A stretch of 35,093 nt of DNA from Candidatus Zipacnadia bacterium. Its GTDB lineage: Bacteria; Armatimonadota; Zipacnadia; Zipacnadales; Zipacnadaceae. The notes beneath the pieces were generated by a model. It did no database searches, was not told the origin of the DNA, and worked only from the letters and a program-made list of their open reading frames with translations. A program made the position numbers and the translations under genes. This document shows positions 7,120-15,463 of this stretch, one piece after another. Location of the stretch: contig JALGVG010000022.1 in assembly GCA_029819875.1 (NCBI GenBank), forward strand, positions 1 to 35,093, given 5' to 3'. Numbering within the stretch: position 1 is the stretch's first letter; each line of letters starts with the position of its first letter.

Positions 7120-8055
7120 TCACCTGGCCTCGGCCTTGCCACGGTCATCCTCCGGTGCAGGCTCAATGTGGATGGTCACATCACTGCGCGGCAGGTGGGC
7201 ATTTATGTCGCGGGCGATGCGCTCCGTAATGTCGTGGGAGTCCTGCACGGACATTTGAGGGTTGACGAGCAGGTGCAACTCGATAAAGCGCGCAGAGCCG
7301 GCCTTGCGGGTGCGCAGGCCGTGGTAGCCGCAGACCGGGGCGCCCAAGGCGGACAGGTAGCTTTCTATCCATTGCACCTCGGCAGGGGGCAACTGAACGT
7401 CCAGCAAGTCACGTGCGGAGTAAAGGGTAAGCTTGTAGGCGGCGCGCACGATGAGGAGGGCGACGCCGATGGCGGCGACGGGGTCAAGCCACTGAACGTC
7501 GGTGCCGGGCAACAAGCGCCTGGCCAGCCAGATGGCCGCCAGGGCTGCCATGACGCCTCCGGAGGTCCAAACATCGGTGAGCAGGTGCCAACCATCGGCT
7601 TCCAGGGCGCGGGAGTCGGTTTGACGGCCCACCTTAAACAGCATGCGAGAGACGAAGAAGTTGACTACAACCGACACCAGCATGACACCTACCCCCCACC
7701 CCACCGCTTCCAGGGGGAGGGGATGCAGTAGCTTCTTGACGGCCTCGTAAACTATCCAGCCGGCAGCCACGAAGATGAGTAATGCTTCGATGGTGCCGGA
7801 GATGTTTTCGATCTTGCCGTGGCCGAAGGGGTGATCGGCATCAGGGGGGCGGGCCGCGGTCTTGACCGCAAACAGGGTGATGAGGGCAGCAATCACGTCA
7901 ACCGCCGAATGAAGGGCTTCGGATATCACGGACACGGAACCGATCGCAAAGCCCACGCTGAGCTTGGTCAGCGCCAGGGTGGCGGTTGCAGCCACCGAGG
8001 TGGAGGCGGCGGTTACTTTCCGATGCGTATCATGCATGGCAGAATTATCAGCCAT
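7120..8055 (-). CDS. cation diffusion facilitator (CDF) family divalent metal efflux transporter
   Basis: 311 aa with six predicted TM segments. CDF signatures are present: SEALHSAVDV, DADHPFGHGKIE, HLLTDVW, and a C-terminal cytoplasmic domain (HGLRTRKAGSARFIELHLLV). Confidence 0.9.
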   Translation of the reverse strand: MADNSAMHDTHRKVTAASTSVAATATLALTKLSVGFAIGSVSVISEALHSAVDVIAALITLFAVKTAARPPDADHPFGHGKIENISGTIEALLIFVAAGWIVYEAVKKLLHPLPLEAVGWGVGVMLVSVVVNFFVSRMLFKVGRQTDSRALEADGWHLLTDVWTSGGVMAALAAIWLARRLLPGTDVQWLDPVAAIGVALLIVRAAYKLTLYSARDLLDVQLPPAEVQWIESYLSALGAPVCGYHGLRTRKAGSARFIELHLLVNPQMSVQDSHDITERIARDINAHLPRSDVTIHIEPAPEDDRGKAEAR

Positions 8056-8061
8056 CAGTAA

Positions 8062-8102
8062 TTAACACAAAAAGCTCTGCAGGATACCGTCCTGCGGAGC
8101 TT
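8062..8102 (-). terminator. intrinsic terminator-like hairpin inside the CDF gene leader (candidate attenuator expression platform)
   Basis: Minus strand reads AAGCTCCGCAGGA-CGGTA-TCCTGCAGAGCTT followed by TTTGTGTT. The stem is 13 bp with one C/A mismatch. It ends about 10 nt before the ATG at 8055 and lies downstream of the promoter at 8169-8197. Confidence 0.6.
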
Positions 8103-8168
8103 GATATTCCGCTGCCCGCATCTTGGGCTTTGCTGGATCCCTGAGCTGAGGATTAGTTGCTTGATATC

Positions 8169-8197
8169 TTTATACTGCAAGAATAAGAGGTTGTCAA
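8169..8197 (-). promoter_or_regulatory. sigma70-type promoter for the CDF gene leader
   Basis: Minus strand has TTGACA (8197-8192), a 17-nt spacer ACCTCTTATTCTTGCAG, and TATAAA (8174-8169). Confidence 0.55.
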
Positions 8198-8208
8198 TAC
8201 GCAGGAAT

Positions 8209-9000
8209 TCAGATATCGTCCCGCTTGCCGGCCAGATAAGCCTCCAGGTCGGCTATCAGCGCACGGAAGGTATCGGTGGCTTGCTGCAGTCCGAGGCTGA
8301 CCAGGGGCTGGTCTGCGGCGGCGGCGGGGGGCATGCCGCGGGCGATGGCCTCCAGCTTAAGGCCGACGGCGGCCCGGTGCAGGGGCAGCACGTGGAGATG
8401 GTAGCGATGGCGCACGCGCCACTGGATGCGGGCGGGAGCAAGGGGAACGAGCAGGTCGGCGATCTCGCCGAAGCTGATGTTGGGGGGGCCGACACCGTTG
8501 ATGATGCGGAAAATCTGCCCCCAGCCGAACTGGGTTTTGAAAAAGGTTGCGACATAAAAGGGGTCAAGGTCGCGCAGGCGCACCAGGTCCACGAATGAAC
8601 CGACGACAGCCGGGAAATCCTCGCAAAAGACGCAGATGCGGTTCTTGCCCAACGATCCGGCGCCGCTGCGGGCCAAGACCAGGTCGTTGTATTGCAAGCG
8701 CGCGCGGGGAGCGTCCCACGGACAGCCGGCCGGCACAACGAGCGCATCGGTGATGTCCACGCCCGAAAAGAGCAGTTGACCCTGGTTGATGATGGCGACT
8801 GCGGGGCCGGCCGCCGGAGGCGGCGGGGGCTTGCGGCCGGTTACAATGGGGCCGTAGGTGATGTGCTCGATGTAATCGCCCAAGGGGACAAGAGGGTGGC
8901 GGCAACCGTCCAGCAGGCGGCTGTAGGCCGGGTCCCAGTAGGCGGGATCCAGGCGCTTGAGCAGGGCGGGATCGGATTGCAGCCGGGAGGTGACTATCAT
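8209..9000 (-). CDS. orphan HsdS-like protein (single type I restriction-modification specificity/target-recognition domain)
   Basis: The ORF track entry is 8209..9177. I prefer the ATG at 9000 (MIVTSRLQS...) because the extension would overlap the divergent gene at 9152. The TRD-like layout is RLDPAYWDP, LGDYIEHITYGP, INQGQL, NDLVLARSGAGSLGK, DPFYVATFFKTQFGWGQIFRIINGVGPPNISFGEIADLLVPLAP, then a helical tail. Confidence 0.6.
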   Translation of the reverse strand: MIVTSRLQSDPALLKRLDPAYWDPAYSRLLDGCRHPLVPLGDYIEHITYGPIVTGRKPPPPPAAGPAVAIINQGQLLFSGVDITDALVVPAGCPWDAPRARLQYNDLVLARSGAGSLGKNRICVFCEDFPAVVGSFVDLVRLRDLDPFYVATFFKTQFGWGQIFRIINGVGPPNISFGEIADLLVPLAPARIQWRVRHRYHLHVLPLHRAAVGLKLEAIARGMPPAAAADQPLVSLGLQQATDTFRALIADLEAYLAGKRDDI

Positions 9001-9151
9001 CTTCGCCGGTCCTGGGTGTACTATTTCGGCGCCGGGGCGCTGCAGACCTTGGGGCCGGTCGGCGGCAGAAAAAAATGGCACTTTCCAAGGACCGGATTGT
9101 TTGTTAAGATAGAAGCGGCAGGCACAGCAGCGCCGGTAGCGAGGTGACAAG

Positions 9152-9994
9152 ATGAAAAGGGTTATATATGCCACCATAATTTGCGCTTTGGCAGCTTTCT
9201 GGCTGGTGGCTGCACAGGGCCAGCAGCCCCAGGAGTACTTGCTGCGCTACACGCCACAACCAGGGCTTGCGGACGAAGGGATGCTGAAGGTAAAGGTGGT
9301 AGACGTCACCTACCAAGGCACGCCCATGGGCGTCAGTGCCACGGCAGGGGCGACATACAAGATAAAAGTGGGTGCGGTGGAAAATGACATCGCCAGTGTC
9401 AACATAGCTGTCAGCAACACCCAGGTCACTTCAGGAGAGGGGACCTGGAACATCGCCAATCCACCTGCCTTGACAGTGAAGGTGAACCCTGTGGGCTTCT
9501 TTGTAGGGGGCCAATTCAATGGGCAAGTGGTGATGGGGCAGATAGACGCCGGGGCGATACCACTGCAGTTGCTCACAGCGCTGATGGTGACCGGTCGTTT
9601 CCCCGATGAGCCGGTGGAGGTGGGTGCGAAGTGGGAGATGAAGGACAGCTACGACATTCCGAACGTGGGCCGGGCGGTAGTGCGTACCCAGTCGACGCTG
9701 GAGGCGGTAGAGGGGTCCACGGCAGTGGTGAAGAGCAGGATCGAGATCTTGGTGCCGGATTTTTCGGGTCCCAATCCCCTGCTTCAGGACGAGCTGATCC
9801 CGTACACCGACGGCCACATCGTCATTGCAAAGCTGGTGCGCCTGTATGACATGAACCGCTCGGCCGTGCTGAGCGCCCGCGGGCAGATGGAAATGACCTT
9901 CACGGCGGTATTTCCCGACACGCCGGCGCCGATGGGCGTGACAGGGGATTTCGAGCTGCGCTCCGCCTCGCTGCCGAAGCCCGGCAGTGAATGA
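9152..9994 (+). CDS. hypothetical secreted beta-rich protein
   Basis: 280 aa with signal peptide MKRVIYATIICALAAFWLVAAQG. GAGGTG lies 6 nt upstream of the ATG. I do not recognise a family. Confidence 0.75.
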   Translation: MKRVIYATIICALAAFWLVAAQGQQPQEYLLRYTPQPGLADEGMLKVKVVDVTYQGTPMGVSATAGATYKIKVGAVENDIASVNIAVSNTQVTSGEGTWNIANPPALTVKVNPVGFFVGGQFNGQVVMGQIDAGAIPLQLLTALMVTGRFPDEPVEVGAKWEMKDSYDIPNVGRAVVRTQSTLEAVEGSTAVVKSRIEILVPDFSGPNPLLQDELIPYTDGHIVIAKLVRLYDMNRSAVLSARGQMEMTFTAVFPDTPAPMGVTGDFELRSASLPKPGSE

Positions 9995-10090
9995 GCGGCC
10001 CAGGTGAAAGCGCAGGGAGTGCGGTGGGGAAGCTGCCAATCGGCCATGGAGGCGGCGCCGAGGGATAGGGCGGCGCGCGGAGAGCACAAC

Positions 10091-10120
10091 TTGACACCTT
10101 CGCAAATGCGAAGATATAAT
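10091..10120 (+). promoter_or_regulatory. consensus sigma70 promoter of the mla-like operon, with a palindrome in the spacer
   Basis: TTGACA (10091-10096), an 18-nt spacer, and TATAAT (10115-10120). The spacer contains the perfect inverted repeat CTTCGCA-AA-TGCGAAG (10098-10113). Confidence 0.6.
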
Positions 10121-10149
10121 GACGAAGCGGGACAGAGTTCTCGCTTCGT

Positions 10150-10941
10150 TTGTTCCTCCCGGGTGGTGTCTCCTTGCTTTCAGCCACCGGCCGGCAGGTC
10201 ATAGCCTTCTTCAGCTACTTTGGCCAGATAGCCCAGCTTCAATGGGACATTCTGGTGGGGCTGGTGAAGGGTCGGCTTGAGTACGCAACTACCATTGCCC
10301 AGATGGCATTTACGGGAGTGGCGTCGCTGCCCGTCGTGGCAGTGACGATGCTGTTTTCGGGGATGGTGATAGGGTATCACATGGCCATCGTGACCGGCCA
10401 GATGGGCATCAGCAACTATGCCGGGCGGGTGGTGGCGGAGACGATGTGCCGGGAGCTGGGGCCGGTGCTGGTTTCCATCGTGGTTTCGGCGCGGGTAGGG
10501 GCGGCGATGGCGGCCGAGATAGGCACGATGAAGGTCACCGAGCAGATAGATGCCCTGCGGGCACTGGCCACCAATCCAGTGGACTACCTGGCGCTTCCCC
10601 GGTGGGTAGCGTGCGGGACGATGGTGCCCACGCTGACATTTCTGGGCGACACGATCGGGGTCATCGGCGGGTACCTGATGGCAGTGCTTGCACCCCAGCT
10701 CAACGCGGGGGCGTACTGGACGAGTATTCCAGGGGGCTTTGCACCTTCTACGCTCATTGCAGGGGTCGCCAAGTCAGTGGTCTTTGGCATCATAATAGCG
10801 CTCGTTAGCTGTCACCAGGGGTTGACCTGCCGGATGGCGTCGGAGGAGGTGGGGCGGGCGACGACGCGTTCGGTGGTATATTGCATTATGCTGATTTACG
10901 GTGCCAACTTGTTCCTAACCTCTCTCATCTTCCGCGGCTGA
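10150..10941 (+). CDS. mlaE: MlaE/YrbE-family ABC transporter permease
   Basis: 263 aa, colinear by eye with E. coli MlaE (shared blocks RELGPV, TEQIDAL, and K-SVVF-, read KSVVFG here and KSVVFA in E. coli). The start is uncertain: TTG at 10150 or TTG at 10174, and there is no clear SD. Confidence 0.85.
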   Translation: MFLPGGVSLLSATGRQVIAFFSYFGQIAQLQWDILVGLVKGRLEYATTIAQMAFTGVASLPVVAVTMLFSGMVIGYHMAIVTGQMGISNYAGRVVAETMCRELGPVLVSIVVSARVGAAMAAEIGTMKVTEQIDALRALATNPVDYLALPRWVACGTMVPTLTFLGDTIGVIGGYLMAVLAPQLNAGAYWTSIPGGFAPSTLIAGVAKSVVFGIIIALVSCHQGLTCRMASEEVGRATTRSVVYCIMLIYGANLFLTSLIFRG

Positions 10942-11705
10942 TGGAGTCACAGCGCAGGCCGATAATACAAGTACGCAATTTGACGTACACTGTGGGCGGC
11001 GAACGCGTGCTGGACGGGGTGAACCTGGAGGTATGGCCAGGGGAGATTTTCGGGGTGATGGGGATGTCGGGGGCAGGCAAGAGCACGCTGCTGCGCAATA
11101 TCATGGGTTTGGTGCGGCCCGACAGCGGCGACATCCTGGTGGATGGAGAAAGCATCATCGGACTGAGCGAGCGGGAGCTGAACCGGGTGCGGGCGAAGAT
11201 GGGGATGTGCTTCCAGTACTCGGCGCTGTTCGATTCGATGACGGTGCGGGAAAACGTGCTGTTCGGCCTGCGCAAGCGACGTGACCTAAGCCCTGCCGAA
11301 AAAGAGAGGAAATGCAGGCAGTACTTGGAAATAGTAGGCTTGGCGGGGACGGAGGAGTTGATGCCGGCGGAGCTTTCAGGGGGGATGCGCAAGAGAGTAA
11401 GCGTGGCACGCGCCCTGGTCATGGAGCCGGCAATCATGTTGTACGACGAGCCGACAGCCGGGCTGGACCCGGTAATGTCGGCGGTGATAGATCGCTTGAT
11501 CAGCCGGCTGCGCGATGAATTCGGGATGACCTCGATAATAGTCACCCACGAGGTGGAGGAGCTGTTCGGGCTGGCGGACCGCGTGATGATGCTGTACAAG
11601 GGCAAGGGCATCGTGACTGACACACCGCAAGCGTTGCGCGACAGCGATGAGCCGGTGGTCAGGCAATTTGTAACGGGATCGCCAGTAGGCCCCATCAGGG
11701 TATGA
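10941..11705 (+). CDS. mlaF: MlaF-like ABC transporter ATP-binding protein
   Basis: The ATG at 10941 shares one nt with the mlaE stop (TGATG). Walker A is GMSGAGKST, the signature is LSGGMRKRV, and Walker B is MLYDEP. The ORF track start at 10881 is rejected as an overlap extension. Confidence 0.9.
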   Translation: MESQRRPIIQVRNLTYTVGGERVLDGVNLEVWPGEIFGVMGMSGAGKSTLLRNIMGLVRPDSGDILVDGESIIGLSERELNRVRAKMGMCFQYSALFDSMTVRENVLFGLRKRRDLSPAEKERKCRQYLEIVGLAGTEELMPAELSGGMRKRVSVARALVMEPAIMLYDEPTAGLDPVMSAVIDRLISRLRDEFGMTSIIVTHEVEELFGLADRVMMLYKGKGIVTDTPQALRDSDEPVVRQFVTGSPVGPIRV

Positions 11706-11733
11706 GGCCAGGGCAGGTGGAGGTGGGGTTCGG

Positions 11734-13374
11734 GTGGTGAAGTCTATGTCGCCAGAGACAAAGGTGGGTCTGTTGTTCTTTCTGGTACTGTTACTGGTAG
11801 GTGCGACAGCGGCATTTTTGGGGGACTGGGTGGGGAGGCTGAGCAGTTACCAGATTGTGGTGCATTTTGCCGACGTAAAGGGCCTGCAGCCGGGGGCGGA
11901 CGTGAAGCTGGCGGGGGTGCGCATAGGGAAGGTGACGCATGTCGCCTTAGCTCCCAGCGCCAAGTTTCCAGACCAACCGGTGGGGGTGCAATTGGCCATC
12001 AACCGCCGCGTAGCGTTGTACGACAGCGACAAGTTCTTCATCGAACAGGCCACGTTGCTGGGTGAAAGCTTCGTGAGCGTGCGGCGGATGCCGGCGAGCA
12101 AGGAGGGGCGCCGGCCCCTCAAGCGATTGAAGGTGGGAATGGAGATAGCCGGCAGTGGAACAGCGGGCTTCAGCGCCCTGCCGGACACGGTAGAGCGCGT
12201 CATGAAGCAGGCGGAGCTGGCGGTGGCGGGCGCGCGCGCAACGTACTTCAGTGAATATAATGCGCAGCAAGTGAAGGCGATTTTGGATAACCTGGTAGCG
12301 GTGACCGCGCGGGCCAATCAGATAGCCGGCCAGGCAGCGCAGCTGGTGGAGGCGCTAAGCAGCGTGGAGGCGGGCGGGCGGCCGAAGATCGGCGCGATAC
12401 TGGACAAGCTGAACGGGGCGGCAAGCGATATTCAACAGATCACCAAGTCACTGCGGCAAGCACTGGCGATAAACCCCATTCCCATGCAACTGACGATCGC
12501 GGCCACCAACATCCGCCAGGCATCGGAGGACCTGCGCGGGACGATGGCGGAAGTGCGAAAGCTGACCACCAGCGAACAGACACAGGCAAGGCTGCAGGGG
12601 CTGCTCGAGAACATGAGCGCGGCGGCCCAAAATATCGAGCAGTTGACAGGGGGGCTGCAGGAACTGACCGCGGACGGCCAGTTGGTTGCAGGTATAAAGC
12701 AGACGGTGGCCAACCTGCAGGAGGCATCGTCGAGCATCAAGCGCACCAGCGCCAGCATCGAGCAGATGCTGGGTGAGCCGGCATTCCAGGAGGACGTCCG
12801 CACAACGGTTCAAAACCTGCGCCAAGCCAGCGAGAGGGGCACGGAGGTGGTAAGGAAGGCGGATGCGACGCTCACGCGCGTGGATGCGACCATGGACCGG
12901 GTGTCGGCGCTGGCCAGGCAGTTTCAGCCGACGCGGACGACGGCTATCAGCAGGATAGAAGGCACCGACGATCGCGGGTTGCGGGCGGATCTGGACCTGC
13001 ACCTGCAATACGGGCTGGACCCGCGCAAGTACTGGCTGATTGGGATCCGTGACATCGGGGATGCAGAGGGGTTGGATTTGCAGCGCGCCATTCCCATCGG
13101 CGGCCGCAGCGTGGGCCGGATGGGCATAATCGGCAGCAAGCTGGGCGTGGGCTATTACCACCAAGTCAGCGACCGCCTGGGGATAGAGGGAGAATTGTGG
13201 GACCCGCAGGAACTGTTCCTGGACCTGCGGGCAGTGATGGGATTGCGTGACGGCTGGCGGTTGACGCTGGGGTTGGCGGATGCGCTGGGCGAAGTGAAGC
13301 CGCAAATAGGGGTGCGCAAGCACATAGTGATCAGCGATCATACATCGGAGTTGCAAGCAGCGGGCAAGCAATAG
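11734..13374 (+). CDS. MlaD/MCE-domain protein with long helical and beta-rich C-terminal extension
   Basis: 546 aa. It has an N-terminal TM segment (VGLLFFLVLLLVGATAAF) and an MCE domain (YQIVVHFADVKGLQPGADVKLAGVRIGKVTHVAL). GGAGGTG lies 8 nt upstream of the GTG at 11734. Confidence 0.85.
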   Translation: MVKSMSPETKVGLLFFLVLLLVGATAAFLGDWVGRLSSYQIVVHFADVKGLQPGADVKLAGVRIGKVTHVALAPSAKFPDQPVGVQLAINRRVALYDSDKFFIEQATLLGESFVSVRRMPASKEGRRPLKRLKVGMEIAGSGTAGFSALPDTVERVMKQAELAVAGARATYFSEYNAQQVKAILDNLVAVTARANQIAGQAAQLVEALSSVEAGGRPKIGAILDKLNGAASDIQQITKSLRQALAINPIPMQLTIAATNIRQASEDLRGTMAEVRKLTTSEQTQARLQGLLENMSAAAQNIEQLTGGLQELTADGQLVAGIKQTVANLQEASSSIKRTSASIEQMLGEPAFQEDVRTTVQNLRQASERGTEVVRKADATLTRVDATMDRVSALARQFQPTRTTAISRIEGTDDRGLRADLDLHLQYGLDPRKYWLIGIRDIGDAEGLDLQRAIPIGGRSVGRMGIIGSKLGVGYYHQVSDRLGIEGELWDPQELFLDLRAVMGLRDGWRLTLGLADALGEVKPQIGVRKHIVISDHTSELQAAGKQ

Positions 13375-13398
13375 ACATTCCATACGCGGAGGGAAGCG

Positions 13399-13983
13399 AT
13401 GCAAGTAATACTACGTCAAGATATGCCAAACCTCGGGCACGAGGGTGACGTTGTGACAGTGGCGGACGGCTATGCACGCAACTACCTGCTGCCGCGGAAA
13501 TTGGCGGTAGAGGCCACGAAGGGGGCGCTGAAGGACCTCGAGCAGCAGAGACGCGCCATACAGAGGCGGCGAACGGAGAAGCAGCAGGCGGCCCAGGCGA
13601 TGGCAGAGCGCCTGGCTGAGCAGACGCTGGTGATTCGTGCAACAGTGGGCGAAGGGGGACGGTTGCACGGCCAGATTACCCCTCAGCAGATAGCGGCTGC
13701 GATCAAGGAGCAAATGGGAATCGAGGTGGACCGCCGCAGCGTGGAGATCGCCGAACCTATTCGCCAGACGGGAGACTACCTGGTCAGCGTGGAGCTGTAC
13801 AAGGGCGTGCGGACGAGGATAGCGCTGTCAGTAGTGTCGGAGGCGGCACAAGCGGAGGAGGAGGGCGCAGCGGCGCAAGAGCAAGCAGAGGAGCAGCCGC
13901 AGGCCGAGGAGGCCCCGGTAGAGGAGGAAGCAGTGCAGGAGACAACCGGGACAGCGGCCGGCGAGAGCACCGAGCAGTCCTGA
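13399..13983 (+). CDS. rplI: 50S ribosomal protein L9 with acidic C-terminal extension
   Basis: MQVILRQDMPNLGHEGDVVTVADGYARNYLLPRKLA is the canonical L9 N-terminus. GGAGGG lies upstream. The protein is 194 aa. Confidence 0.92.
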   Translation: MQVILRQDMPNLGHEGDVVTVADGYARNYLLPRKLAVEATKGALKDLEQQRRAIQRRRTEKQQAAQAMAERLAEQTLVIRATVGEGGRLHGQITPQQIAAAIKEQMGIEVDRRSVEIAEPIRQTGDYLVSVELYKGVRTRIALSVVSEAAQAEEEGAAAQEQAEEQPQAEEAPVEEEAVQETTGTAAGESTEQS

Positions 13984-14041
13984 CATCACCGGAAAGTCGT
14001 CCCCATAAAGGAGAGAGCAACGCGGCGGGGAGCTGATAAGG

Positions 14042-15463
14042 GTGGCAATGGACAAGGCCGGCAGGGAGGTCAGCGAGGCACGGCAAGCGCTGCCACCGCA
14101 AGATATTGATGCCGAGCAGGCGACGCTGGGCGCGATCCTGATCGATCCGGGGGCAGCGAGCCGGGCGATGGGCATTGTGCGAGAGGAGGACTTTTATCCC
14201 GAGGCCCACAGGCTTATCTTTCGTGCCATGCAAGCCTGCCACAACCGGGGAGAGCCGGTTGACATAATCACGGTCAGCGCCGAATTGCGCCGGCAAGGGA
14301 AGCTGCAAGAGGTAGGGGGCGCGGAGTACCTGACGGCGCTCATCAACGAGGTGCCCACGGCAGCGCACGTGACGCGGTACGCCACCATCGTGGCGGAGAA
14401 GGCGGTACTGCGGCGGCTGATCAGCGTGGGGTCCGAGATCCAGGCCATCGGGTACGAGAATCCCGAGGACGTGGGCGAGGCGCTGGACCGGGCTGAACAA
14501 AAGATATTCGACATCGCCCAGCGGCGGGTGACCAGTGATTTTACACCGATAGGCCCGCTGGTGATGGAGACTTTCGAGAAGCTGGACCAGGTGTTCCGGC
14601 GGCCGGGCTATATCTCGGGGGTACCGACGGGCTTGCGGGACCTGGACAAGCTGACCTCGGGGCTGCAGAACGGCGACCTGGTAATCATAGCCGGCCGCCC
14701 CTCGATGGGCAAGACCTCACTGGCCATTTCCAATTTCGCGCTTCATGCCGCCATTCAACACAATATCGGCGTGGCCATTTTCAGCCTGGAGATGTCGCGG
14801 ATGCAGCTGGCGGAGCTGATGTTGGGGTCGCAGGCGCAGGTGAACGTGGCGGCACTACGCAGGGGGATGGCGCGGGAAGAAGAGTGGACGAAGATCGGCA
14901 GGGCGCTGACGTACCTGCCCAATGCACCCATCTTCATTGACGACACGCCGGGCATCCCGATCATGGAGTTGCGGTCGAAGGCCAGGCGGCTGAAGACACA
15001 ACATGACATCGGGCTGGTGATAGTTGATTACCTGCAACTTATCACTACCGGCGAGCGGACTACCAGCGAGAGCCGCCACCAGGAGGTGTCGCTGATTGCG
15101 CGTTCGCTGAAGGCGCTGGCCAGGGAGCTAAACGTGCCGGTCGTGGCACTGTCGCAGCTCAGCCGCCTGGTGGAGCGCCGCGAGGACAAGCGGCCGATTT
15201 TGTCAGACCTGGCCGAATCAGGCTCCATCGAGGCGGAGGCCGACCTGGTGTGTTTCCTGTACCGTCCCAGCTACTATCGCCGCAAGCGGGACGCGGAGGG
15301 CGAGGAGGCGGTGGCGCAAAAAACCGACGACGGCCCGGACAAGGCGGAGATAATCATCGCCAAGCATCGCAACGGGCCGGTAGGTACTGTTGACACGATT
15401 TTCCATCCCCAGTACCGGTTGTTCTTCGGAGTAGACCAGTTTCGAGAGGACGAGATAGTTTAA
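14042..15463 (+). CDS. dnaB: replicative DNA helicase DnaB
   Basis: 473 aa. The N-terminal motif is PPQDIDAEQATLGAIL, Walker A is GRPSMGKTSLA, and DYLQL and IAKHRNGP are present. The start is GTG at 14042 or ATG at 14048. Confidence 0.95.
   Translation: MAMDKAGREVSEARQALPPQDIDAEQATLGAILIDPGAASRAMGIVREEDFYPEAHRLIFRAMQACHNRGEPVDIITVSAELRRQGKLQEVGGAEYLTALINEVPTAAHVTRYATIVAEKAVLRRLISVGSEIQAIGYENPEDVGEALDRAEQKIFDIAQRRVTSDFTPIGPLVMETFEKLDQVFRRPGYISGVPTGLRDLDKLTSGLQNGDLVIIAGRPSMGKTSLAISNFALHAAIQHNIGVAIFSLEMSRMQLAELMLGSQAQVNVAALRRGMAREEEWTKIGRALTYLPNAPIFIDDTPGIPIMELRSKARRLKTQHDIGLVIVDYLQLITTGERTTSESRHQEVSLIARSLKALARELNVPVVALSQLSRLVERREDKRPILSDLAESGSIEAEADLVCFLYRPSYYRRKRDAEGEEAVAQKTDDGPDKAEIIIAKHRNGPVGTVDTIFHPQYRLFFGVDQFREDEIV

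Noticed and set aside
9001-9177. N-terminal extension of the HsdS-like ORF to 9177
   Set aside because: It would overlap the divergent gene start at 9152 and its promoter. The extension is Cys/Arg-rich with no similarity. The ATG at 9000 fits the domain boundary.
12448-13404. 318-aa minus-strand ORF antisense to the MlaD-like gene
   Set aside because: The product is a Gln/Arg/Pro/His-rich artefact. The plus-strand frame has the MCE domain and operon context.
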